Source: Fibrobacteria bacterium (GTDB lineage Bacteria > Fibrobacterota > Fibrobacteria > UBA11236). Taken from it: a stretch of DNA of 64,000 bases. Under the pieces are notes generated by a model, which made no database searches, was not told the origin of the DNA, and saw nothing but the letters and a program-made list of their open reading frames with translations. Position numbers and translations under genes: made by a program. The DNA lies in contig JAYTSD010000001.1 of assembly GCA_043745805.1 (NCBI GenBank), positions 64,001 to 128,000 of the forward strand. Direction: 5' to 3'. Positions 56,680 through 64,000 of the stretch are shown in pieces. How positions within the stretch are numbered: the first letter of the stretch is position 1; each line of letters starts with the position of its first letter.

Positions 56680-59295
56680 ATGACAAGAAAAGTTATCACC
56701 GAAGCCGAATTAATATCCGGCATTACCTTACCCTCTTCTGGCGGCCATTTTACCATTGTGGTTAAAAGCGACAAAGAAATGACGCGCGTTCGCCTCACAG
56801 GAATGTTTTTCGCGCTGGATAAATGTTTCTTGCTTCCTTCGGCCATGCAAGGCATTAAAGAAATTGCGCAGCAATATGATATGCACCCCAATAGTCATTT
56901 ACTCATTGTGGGACATACCGACACTTCGGGTGAGGACGATTATAATTTGACTTTATCTTTAGAGCGTGCCGAAGCGGTAGCCGCTTTTTTACAAGATAAA
57001 GTTGCAGATTGGGAAGATTATTTCGCAGATTCAAAACCCGAAGCCAAGCGTTGGGGCATGCGAGAAATACAACTCATGCTTTCGGCCTTACCGGACTTTG
57101 AAGAAGAAAAGTTTCTCACCGAAGAGGATATTTCCGGTGAAGACGATGCGGTTACCCAAGTTGGAGTAAAAGCTTTTCAGAAAGCGCATCAACTTAAAGA
57201 GGATGGCATAGCAGGACCCAAAACGCGCAAAGCTTTGATTAAAGCATACATGGAGTTGGATGGTACAACTTTACCCCATGATGCCGATAACACTATTAAA
57301 ATTACTACTCATGGTTGTGGTGAAAATTTCCCTTTGATTAAAACGGGCGATGGCGTGCAAAATGATGAGAATCGCCGCGTGGAAATTTTCTTTTTTGAAG
57401 GCGATATCAAACCTGAGCCAGCTGCTGATAAAAAATCCAAGAAAGGCACGAAGCCGCATTTGTTTTGGAATGATCAGGTAACGCATGAAGTACATGTCCC
57501 TGTCAAAAAAGCATATCATGAACATGCGATTAAAGAAGATTTTGATGGCTTTATCTTTTATAATCCTGCCCAGGAAAAATATCTTTTGCTTGAAACACAA
57601 GAAGAGTTTAAAGCGTTTTCTACTAGTGTGGATAAATCGCATGCCTTGCGCGGGAAAACGGCGCTGGCCTGGGAAAAATCCAGTTCAAAAGAACGAAAAG
57701 AAGAATTGGAAAAAACTAAAAAGGAATGGGAAGAGCTATTTGAAGGGAAAGTTTTAGCAGATGCAGATAAAGGATTAGAAGAAATTCTTTTGGTCAAAGG
57801 AAATAAAAGTTGGGGGAAGGTTACCGCTTTTACCCATGTACCCTCGGCTTGGACCAAAGATGACAAAAAAATTCCGGGTCGTTGGGCCAAGCATAGTGAT
57901 AAAGCTTTGCAAAAACAGTTGGATAAACTTCTTCATAAAGATGATGAAAAAAAAGGCGCACTTGAAAAGAAATTTAAAATGAAACTTTTCGAAAGTGAGC
58001 CGATGGTGGGTAGCATTTGGCCTTGGGCTCATATGAGCCGAAAAATTCATGAAAAAAAAGACGAGAACGAAGACGATCATTTTGATCTTTCTGCTGAAGC
58101 CGCTTTATGTCGTTATGCAGCGGGATATAAGGGTGAAGCCGAATTTGACATAAAAGAAAGAAAATTAAAAATCGAAGGATCAGGAAGCGCTTCTTTTTCG
58201 GTAGTAGAGGGTAAAATTTCAGGAAGCTGGTATTTACCAGATCGCGGAGGAATTAACCTACTGGGATTTTTATGCATGGATAAATCTCAAAAAGTTTGTC
58301 GCGAAAATGGGCATGCTTGTTTATTGCGCGTTTCTATTTCCAGTGAAGGCAATGTTTTTGCGGGAATCTCAGTCAGTGGCGCCCTCGCCTTTCCGGCTAT
58401 TGATTTATCCACGGATGTTAAAAAACGAAAAGTCGAAACTAGTGCCAAAGCAGAGGGGCTTTTAGGAGCGAGAGCGGCCGGTGAAATAAAATTGGAAATA
58501 AAATGGAGTCCCGATCCAAAAACAGAATTTGCAGAATTAGGAAATTATGGTGGAGAGGTTGGGGGTACAGCGGGGATAGCCGCTGGGGCCGAGTTTAATA
58601 TTGGCTACTCCAATGGACGCTTTCAATTTAAATGCTCAGCCAGTTTAGCCATTGGATTGGGTGGCAAAGCTGGTTTGGCCATAGAAATAGGCGTGGATGA
58701 AGCGTATCACTTTATTAAACACATTACCGAAAGTGCGGATAGTCATTATGTAAGCGAAATTGCTCAAGCAGCTTTTGTTACCTATAAGAATTTTGCCTTT
58801 GCGAAAATAGTCGAAGCGGAATTGATACTAGAGCACGGGGCACATAAAGCGATTGATGAAGTACATAATTTTGAACATTGGTTATCAAAAAACATTAACA
58901 AGATAGACAAAATAAAATCCAGAATTATTGGGGCACCCTTGCGGCAAATTATGTATAAGGACATACCCCCGGAGGCTTTGGGTCAAGCTATTATTACTTT
59001 AATGCATGGTCGGGAAACGGCAGATTTTCCGGCCATATTGGATATTTTAAAGTCGGCAGAAAGTGATCATAAATTCAAATGGATTTTACGTATTACCTCC
59101 CAAATATCTTTGCCGAATAGGGATAATCCTACTTACGAGAAAACAAGCGGCGAGGCTTTGAAGGCTGGGATCAAAAGGATAAATGATTTTGGATATGGTA
59201 TCGGATACTCAGATTCACAGCATAAAGAACCAAAAAGTAACGAAAATTTTCTGGACCAATTTCAGGAACTTTTGCAAAAAAATGGGATACGTTAA
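56680..59295 (+). CDS. OmpA-like + peptidoglycan-binding domain protein with Gly/Ala-rich C-terminal region; candidate toxin
   Basis: IVGHTDTSGEDDYNLTLSLERAEAV, VKAFQKAHQLKEDGIAGPKTRKAL, GCGENFP...NRRVEIFFF; later GGEVGGTAGIAAGA...ASLAIGLGGKAG; no signal peptide. Confidence 0.65.
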   Translation: MTRKVITEAELISGITLPSSGGHFTIVVKSDKEMTRVRLTGMFFALDKCFLLPSAMQGIKEIAQQYDMHPNSHLLIVGHTDTSGEDDYNLTLSLERAEAVAAFLQDKVADWEDYFADSKPEAKRWGMREIQLMLSALPDFEEEKFLTEEDISGEDDAVTQVGVKAFQKAHQLKEDGIAGPKTRKALIKAYMELDGTTLPHDADNTIKITTHGCGENFPLIKTGDGVQNDENRRVEIFFFEGDIKPEPAADKKSKKGTKPHLFWNDQVTHEVHVPVKKAYHEHAIKEDFDGFIFYNPAQEKYLLLETQEEFKAFSTSVDKSHALRGKTALAWEKSSSKERKEELEKTKKEWEELFEGKVLADADKGLEEILLVKGNKSWGKVTAFTHVPSAWTKDDKKIPGRWAKHSDKALQKQLDKLLHKDDEKKGALEKKFKMKLFESEPMVGSIWPWAHMSRKIHEKKDENEDDHFDLSAEAALCRYAAGYKGEAEFDIKERKLKIEGSGSASFSVVEGKISGSWYLPDRGGINLLGFLCMDKSQKVCRENGHACLLRVSISSEGNVFAGISVSGALAFPAIDLSTDVKKRKVETSAKAEGLLGARAAGEIKLEIKWSPDPKTEFAELGNYGGEVGGTAGIAAGAEFNIGYSNGRFQFKCSASLAIGLGGKAGLAIEIGVDEAYHFIKHITESADSHYVSEIAQAAFVTYKNFAFAKIVEAELILEHGAHKAIDEVHNFEHWLSKNINKIDKIKSRIIGAPLRQIMYKDIPPEALGQAIITLMHGRETADFPAILDILKSAESDHKFKWILRITSQISLPNRDNPTYEKTSGEALKAGIKRINDFGYGIGYSDSQHKEPKSNENFLDQFQELLQKNGIR

Positions 59296-60057
59296 ATGCG
59301 ATTAATAGTTTCTACTCTCCTTATGATTCATATTTCTTTTTCTAATACCCAATATTATTGTGGGCAAAAGGAAACCATAAAGCGTCCTTATGGTCAAGTT
59401 GAGTTGAGAGTAAATTGCCGTGGCCTTCAAGAATATAATTCGATCTCCGTATTGGAATACAAGGATAATGTTCAACATGGAAACGCTGTTCATTATACTG
59501 GCCAATGGCAAAAAAAAGATAGTTGTTTTTTTGTGAATGGAAAAGAGAATGGGGTTTGTTTGTTTTGGGACTCCTTAGGAAACATTGTGGGCAAAGCACC
59601 ATACAAAGATGGCCATGAAATTGGAAAGAATGAAAGCTACTACTCCCCGGGTAAACCCAGCAATATCACCAATTACAATGACAGCGGAAAAAAAGATGGC
59701 GATGTTCAAGAGTGGTGGCCAAATGGAAATAAAAAGTTAGTAGGAAAGTGTAAAAATGGACAATATCTTCATATTGAAGAATATTTTCCCAATGGTCAAT
59801 TGCGCATTATGAGTGATAATAAATATGAACCAGATATCTTGAGAAAAGATCCTTTACTAAATTCTGCGGTGGCCTATTCGGCTAAAGGAAAGCCTACAGG
59901 TAAGGTGGTAAACGGGAATGGCGAATATTTTATGTTTGATGATGTACCCGATAGCACCACAAAAAAATATCGCGTATTACATGTGATTTATAAAAATGGC
60001 TTCGAAGAGCACAATGAAGAAATCAGCGCCAAAGCCGCTGCGAAGTTGCAAAAATAG
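59296..60057 (+). CDS. Exported MORN-variant repeat protein (YwqK-like); candidate immunity
   Basis: Signal-like N-terminus; repeats G....YY..G / G....WWPNGNKK / YFPNGQLR; starts immediately after the upstream stop. Confidence 0.75.
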   Translation: MRLIVSTLLMIHISFSNTQYYCGQKETIKRPYGQVELRVNCRGLQEYNSISVLEYKDNVQHGNAVHYTGQWQKKDSCFFVNGKENGVCLFWDSLGNIVGKAPYKDGHEIGKNESYYSPGKPSNITNYNDSGKKDGDVQEWWPNGNKKLVGKCKNGQYLHIEEYFPNGQLRIMSDNKYEPDILRKDPLLNSAVAYSAKGKPTGKVVNGNGEYFMFDDVPDSTTKKYRVLHVIYKNGFEEHNEEISAKAAAKLQK

Positions 60058-60106
60058 ATTTCGAAACCCTGCACCGATAGTTTGGTTGCAATCAATCGCA
60101 AAATTC

Positions 60107-60134
60107 AAACCCAGCTTTCAAAGCTGGGTTTTTT
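60107..60134 (+). terminator. Rho-independent terminator
   Basis: aaacccagctt-tca-aagctgggttt followed by Ts. Confidence 0.85.
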
Positions 60135-60200
60135 GTTTCAACAAAATGGAAATTGCACTTAATCATTCGAATCATTATCCCATTTAATTAACTTTGTCGA

Positions 60201-61007
60201 ATGGAAACATTTTATATCGCGATCATCATTGGCCTTGTCGAAGGCATCACCGAATTTCTCCCAGTGTCCTCTACCGGGCATATGATTTTAGTTGGACATT
60301 TGCTTGGTTTTATCGGTGAAAAAGCCGATACCTTTGAAATTTTTATTCAGCTCGGCGCCATACTGGCGGTGGCATTTTTGTATAAAGAAAAGTTTTTCGC
60401 ATTGTTTAATTTTACGGCGCAAAAAAATCCCGAAGAGTTCGCGGGAAAAAAAGGCATACTCCTTTTGGCGCTCACCACTTTACCCGCGCTTGTGATAGGC
60501 AAGTTTGCGCATCATGCAATAAAAGAACATTTGTTTTCACCGCTTACTGTGGCTATAGGTTTAGGCGTGGGTGGTTTGGCTATTGTGATCATCGAAAAGT
60601 TTTTGCCGCAACCGCATAAGCTTGGTTTAAAGGCTATTACGCGCAAGGATGCCTTGCTGGTAGGTTTCTTTCAATGCCTAGCCTTATGGCCAGGCATGTC
60701 GCGTTCGGCTTCAACTATGATGGGTGGAATGCTTTTGGGCATAGAAAGAAAAACTATTGCGGAATATTCTTTTTTGGCAGCGGTGCCGCTAATGATTGCG
60801 GCGACGGGTTATGATTTATTAAAGAGCCGACACTTATTGCATACCAGCGACTTTGGTTTTTTCGCTATTGGCTTTGTGGTTTCATTTATTGCGGCTTGGG
60901 CGGCGATTAAAATTTTTATTCGTTTCATTGGCAATCACACTTTGTCGGGATTTGGTTGGTATAGAATTGCCTTAGCGGCATTTTCCTTTTGGTTTTTTAC
61001 CCGCTAA
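60201..61007 (+). CDS. uppP: Undecaprenyl-diphosphate phosphatase
   Basis: GLVEGITEFLPVSSTGH, IQLGAILA, QCLALWPGMSRSAST, EYSFLAAVP, FGWYRI. Confidence 0.97.
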   Translation: METFYIAIIIGLVEGITEFLPVSSTGHMILVGHLLGFIGEKADTFEIFIQLGAILAVAFLYKEKFFALFNFTAQKNPEEFAGKKGILLLALTTLPALVIGKFAHHAIKEHLFSPLTVAIGLGVGGLAIVIIEKFLPQPHKLGLKAITRKDALLVGFFQCLALWPGMSRSASTMMGGMLLGIERKTIAEYSFLAAVPLMIAATGYDLLKSRHLLHTSDFGFFAIGFVVSFIAAWAAIKIFIRFIGNHTLSGFGWYRIALAAFSFWFFTR

Positions 61008-61101
61008 TTGCGGCCAAACTATTTGTCACTGAGCTTGCTGAAGTGTGGTTTTTTACTCGCTAATTGTGCTAAGGCGCTGGGACACTGAGCTTGCCGAAGT
61101 G
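60990..61101 (+). repeat. Degenerate 56-bp tandem duplication containing the uppP 3' end and a REP-like copy
   Basis: 60990-61045 tggttttttacccgctaattg...cactgagcttgctgaagtg versus 61046-61101 tggttttttactcgctaattg...cactgagcttgccgaagtg. Confidence 0.75.
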
Positions 61102-61104
61102 TCA

Positions 61105-61161
61105 TCCAAAAAGGATTTACTTGCGGTGTCCAAGGAGTTGGGATATGAAATCAATTTATAA
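61105..61161 (+). pseudogene. hsdM: C-terminal remnant of type I R-M methyltransferase hsdM
   Basis: Reads SKKDLLAVSKELGYEINL*, matching the HsdM terminus (DLL.VFKELGYEI.L*) that overlaps hsdS starts in Bacteroidota-type operons. Confidence 0.65.
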
Positions 61162-61283
61162 ACCTATTGGCCCGTACATAAGAGTTGTTGACGAGCGAAA
61201 TGCTGGCCATGAGGTAAATTTTTTTTTAGGACTTAGTATATCAAAACCTACTTCTCTCCAAACTCGCGACGATAGAAGATTAA
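61145..61283 (+). pseudogene. hsdS: Internally deleted type I specificity subunit hsdS (N- and C-terminal stubs fused out of frame)
   Basis: 61145-61246 MKSIYKPIGPYIRVVDERN...LGLSISK, then 61245-61283 NLLLSKLATIED* in another frame; both are typical HsdS termini. Confidence 0.7.
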
Positions 61284-61287
61284 GCCG

Positions 61288-62280
61288 ATGACCAACAGCG
61301 AAATCATCTTATATCAAAACCCCGACGGCAACATCAAAATTGATGTGCGGCTTGAAGATGAAACGGTGTGGCTTACGCAAGACCAGATGGCTGCTCTTTT
61401 CGGTAAAGCGAAATCAACAATAAATGAGCACGTTAAAAATATTTATGAAGAGCTAGAGCTTGAAGAATCAGCTACCATGAAGAAATTCGGAATTTCCGAA
61501 TTTCAGCAAAAATCACCAAATTTCTACAACCTAGATGTCATCATTTCAGTTGGTTACCGAGTAAAATCACCACAAGGAACGCAATTTAGAATTTGGGCTA
61601 CCCAACGCCTTAAAGAATACATCATCAAAGGTTTTGCATTAAACGACGACCGATTTAAATCGGGTAATTCGATGAATTATTTCAACGAATTGCAAGAACG
61701 CATTCGTGAAATACGGATTTCGGAACGGTTTTTTTACCAGAAAATCAAGGACATTTATACTACTAGTATTGATTACGATCCCAAGGATGAGAAAACTTTG
61801 GAATTTTTTAAAGTTGTGCAAAATAAACTTCTCTGGGCTCTCAGTCAGCAAACCGCAGCGGAGCTGGTGTATAGACGGGTTGATGCCAACTTACCCTTGC
61901 TGGGGATGCAATCATTCGATAAAAAGAATTCATCGAGCATTAAAAAATCGGATATTAGTGTCGCCAAGAATTATTTAACCGAAGACGAAATGAAACTACT
62001 CGGTTTATTAGTAGAACAATATCTGGCATTTGCCGAAACCATGGCCCAGCAAAGAACGCCCATGTATATGGCGAATTGGATTGAACGGTTGGATGTCATC
62101 CTACAACTTAACGGCAGGGAACTTCTCACGCATGCTGGGCAGATTCGCCACGAAAAAGCGCTGCAAAAATCGGAAGCTGAGTTTGAAAAATATAGGTCTT
62201 CCCAGAAACTAATTGAAAAAGAGCAAAGCTTAAAAGAGATAGAAGACGATATCAAAAAACTTATCAGGAAAAAGCCATGA
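61288..62280 (+). CDS. RhuM-family protein
   Basis: ETVWLTQDQMAALF, YNLDVIISVGYRVKS..GTQFRIWAT..LKEYIIKGF, IREIRISERFFYQKI.DIY, VAKNYL. Confidence 0.93.
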   Translation: MTNSEIILYQNPDGNIKIDVRLEDETVWLTQDQMAALFGKAKSTINEHVKNIYEELELEESATMKKFGISEFQQKSPNFYNLDVIISVGYRVKSPQGTQFRIWATQRLKEYIIKGFALNDDRFKSGNSMNYFNELQERIREIRISERFFYQKIKDIYTTSIDYDPKDEKTLEFFKVVQNKLLWALSQQTAAELVYRRVDANLPLLGMQSFDKKNSSSIKKSDISVAKNYLTEDEMKLLGLLVEQYLAFAETMAQQRTPMYMANWIERLDVILQLNGRELLTHAGQIRHEKALQKSEAEFEKYRSSQKLIEKEQSLKEIEDDIKKLIRKKP

Positions 62281-62347
62281 AGTTTATGTGGAAATATTTG
62301 AACAAGCGGAGAATTTCAAAAAGAACAAGAATGAAATTACCAAGTGA
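62277..62347 (+). pseudogene. hsdR: Collapsed type I restriction subunit hsdR (start fused to final codons)
   Basis: ATGAAGTTTA overlaps the rhuM stop (M-K-F); another frame from 62279 reads EVYVEIFEQAENFKKNKNEITK*, the typical HsdR C-terminus. Confidence 0.65.
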
Positions 62348-62494
62348 AAGACTTCGATCACCTGTTGTCATGGATTGGAGTAACAGAAATGAAGTTAGTC
62401 GTTTTCGGGTTATTATTTCGATTTCCCAATTATTGACAATTTATTTTCGAAAACTAAGTTTTGTTTCTGCTATTTATTTTCACAAAGGAGCAAT

Positions 62495-63292
62495 ATGAAA
62501 AAGACAGCTTTAATTCTTGGACTTGGTTTAATCAAAATGAGCTTTGGCTTGGACGAGTACTTATCCATTGAAAAGGGTAAAACCGAAGTAGATGTAGGAT
62601 ATTGGTATTCCAGTCTTACGGGTGGATACAATGTGGATGGCAAAAAAGTGCATAATCTCAGCGGATTTGATCCTTCAGGAAATTTATTTCCTATTCAAGT
62701 TAAATATGGAATTATGGATGGCTTAGACGCAGAATTTGGAATTGCGGGCATAAAAACCAATAAAGATGCTGGTGATTTCGGGGGATTCAATCAACCTCAA
62801 CTTGCAGTTAAATACTCTGACGCAAAATTGGGTTTAGGTGGGTTTGTAAATCTTATTGTTCCTTTTGCTACCGGTAATCTCGATAAACCAGAACCTGCTA
62901 TGGGATTAGGGTTTGGAGCTGTTTATCAAAACCGCTTTGGTGATTTCCGTATGACAGGAATGGCTGGATACCAATTGAATTTTGAAAATAAAGATAAACA
63001 AAAAGACGGCAATGTTTTATTGGTATACCTAAAGCCTGAAGCCATGTGGACAGAATATATTGGAACTTACTTAGGCTTGCAATATATGATGTCTGGGGAG
63101 GATGCATTTGACGGAACATCGATTAAAAAGTCCGACGCGTACCTTTTTAACATTGTGCCAGGTATAAATGTACAGTTGTTAAAATGGTTAGCTTATGAAG
63201 TGAACGCCCCAATTTCTGTTGCCGGTAAAACAGCGCCTGCTTCTTGGAGTATCGGTGGTAGCATTTATGTAACCTTACCTATGGACAAATAA
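62495..63292 (+). CDS. Outer-membrane beta-barrel / transporter-like protein
   Basis: RBS aaggag, signal peptide, alternating aromatic beta-strands. Confidence 0.6.
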   Translation: MKKTALILGLGLIKMSFGLDEYLSIEKGKTEVDVGYWYSSLTGGYNVDGKKVHNLSGFDPSGNLFPIQVKYGIMDGLDAEFGIAGIKTNKDAGDFGGFNQPQLAVKYSDAKLGLGGFVNLIVPFATGNLDKPEPAMGLGFGAVYQNRFGDFRMTGMAGYQLNFENKDKQKDGNVLLVYLKPEAMWTEYIGTYLGLQYMMSGEDAFDGTSIKKSDAYLFNIVPGINVQLLKWLAYEVNAPISVAGKTAPASWSIGGSIYVTLPMDK

Positions 63293-63317
63293 GCTAAAGC
63301 TAAATTTTTTTTTGATG

Positions 63318-63350
63318 AACCTTCTTGTTTAACTACAAGAAGGTTTTTTT
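63318..63350. terminator. Terminator between convergent genes
   Basis: aaccttcttgt-ttaact-acaagaaggtt followed by Ts. Confidence 0.75.
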
Positions 63351-64000
63351 ATGGCTTATTCGTTTTATTTTCTCTATTTTCTTCAGCGAGCGCTTGGTAT
63401 TGATCAACTTCTTGCTTTAAGGCTTTATCCTTCGGGCGTAACTTTTGGGCAGCGAGCAGTATAGAGGCGGCGCGTTCATTATTGCCTTGTTGATGAAATT
63501 CATAAGCTAAATTCCGCAAGCCTTCCAATCCTTCATTATTTTTCAGCAACAAAGCTTTTTCATAGGCTGCTTGGCAGCGATCCCACCATTTCGCATCGAA
63601 AGCTAAATTGCCTAAGAATACTGCGGCATCACTATAATCACTTTTAACCAATAAAGCTTTTTGTAAATACTCCATCGCTAAAAAAGGTTTTTTGTCTAAG
63701 GCTAATACATCCGCTAATTTATACATGCTTTCATAATCTTTTTCGCGTAGCGATAAACCTTCGCGATAAGCCGCAGCCGCTTGCTCTAATTGACCTTGGG
63801 TGCGATATAAATCACCGATATAAAAGAGAAAATCAATTTCATTAGGTTTGCGGGCATAGGCTTCACGAATTAAATCAATAGCCACGGAATATTCTTTTAA
63901 GGAAGCATGTACTTCCGCGAGTTGATAAACAATGGACACGTCTTCGGGCTCTAGGTTACGGGCTTTTTCCAAAGCTTGTTGCGCACCGACAAAATCCTTG
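63349..64000 (-). CDS. TPR-repeat protein (5' part outside the window)
   Basis: Multiple TPR units (YIGDLYRTQGQLEQAAAAYREGL); frame open to the window edge. Confidence 0.85.
   Translation of the reverse strand, partial: KDFVGAQQALEKARNLEPEDVSIVYQLAEVHASLKEYSVAIDLIREAYARKPNEIDFLFYIGDLYRTQGQLEQAAAAYREGLSLREKDYESMYKLADVLALDKKPFLAMEYLQKALLVKSDYSDAAVFLGNLAFDAKWWDRCQAAYEKALLLKNNEGLEGLRNLAYEFHQQGNNERAASILLAAQKLRPKDKALKQEVDQYQALAEENRENKTNKP

Noticed and set aside
60990-61103. Possible CRISPR mini-array
   Set aside because: Only two degenerate units, no unique spacers, no cas genes; explained by duplication plus a REP-like repeat.
61091-61291. 66-aa ORF as a real gene
   Set aside because: Chimera of REP-like sequence, the hsdS N-terminal stub and an out-of-frame tail.
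62277-62498. 73-aa ORF as a real gene
   Set aside because: Out-of-frame read-through of the collapsed hsdR; the meaningful peptide is in another frame.

Overview
AT-rich bacterial chromosomal window, probably Fibrobacterota or a relative (inferred from T9SS type-A C-terminal sorting tails together with rapA, sigma54-type promoters and canonical Shine-Dalgarno sites). Housekeeping and conserved genes are mnmA, rapA, trxB, lemA-TPM-TPM, livKHMGF, uppP, an ECF42-type sigma/DGPF pair and a Cpx-like two-component system. Five accessory stories stand out. (1) A chemosensory system is split over two loci (10-20.5 kb and 33.5-41.7 kb). Three of its transcription units each carry a sigma54 -24/-12 box plus the same pair of inverted upstream boxes spanning 100-102 bp, and an NtrC-type activator lies in the first locus. 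(2) The first locus holds several catalytically incomplete signalling proteins, including a histidine kinase that lost exactly 303 bp containing its phospho-His between TCCCGA repeats. (3) There are two orphan toxin/immunity-like modules, FIX-like + NAD-toxin-like with Imm71/72-like immunity and OmpA/PG-binding + Gly-rich with a MORN-repeat partner, and no secretion machinery in the window. (4) A fossil type I restriction-modification operon has hsdM, hsdS and hsdR reduced to short stubs around an intact rhuM. (5) A REP-like palindromic repeat family is dispersed across the window. No rRNA, tRNA, CRISPR array or transposase was recognised. Family assignments come from motif recognition by eye, not database searches.
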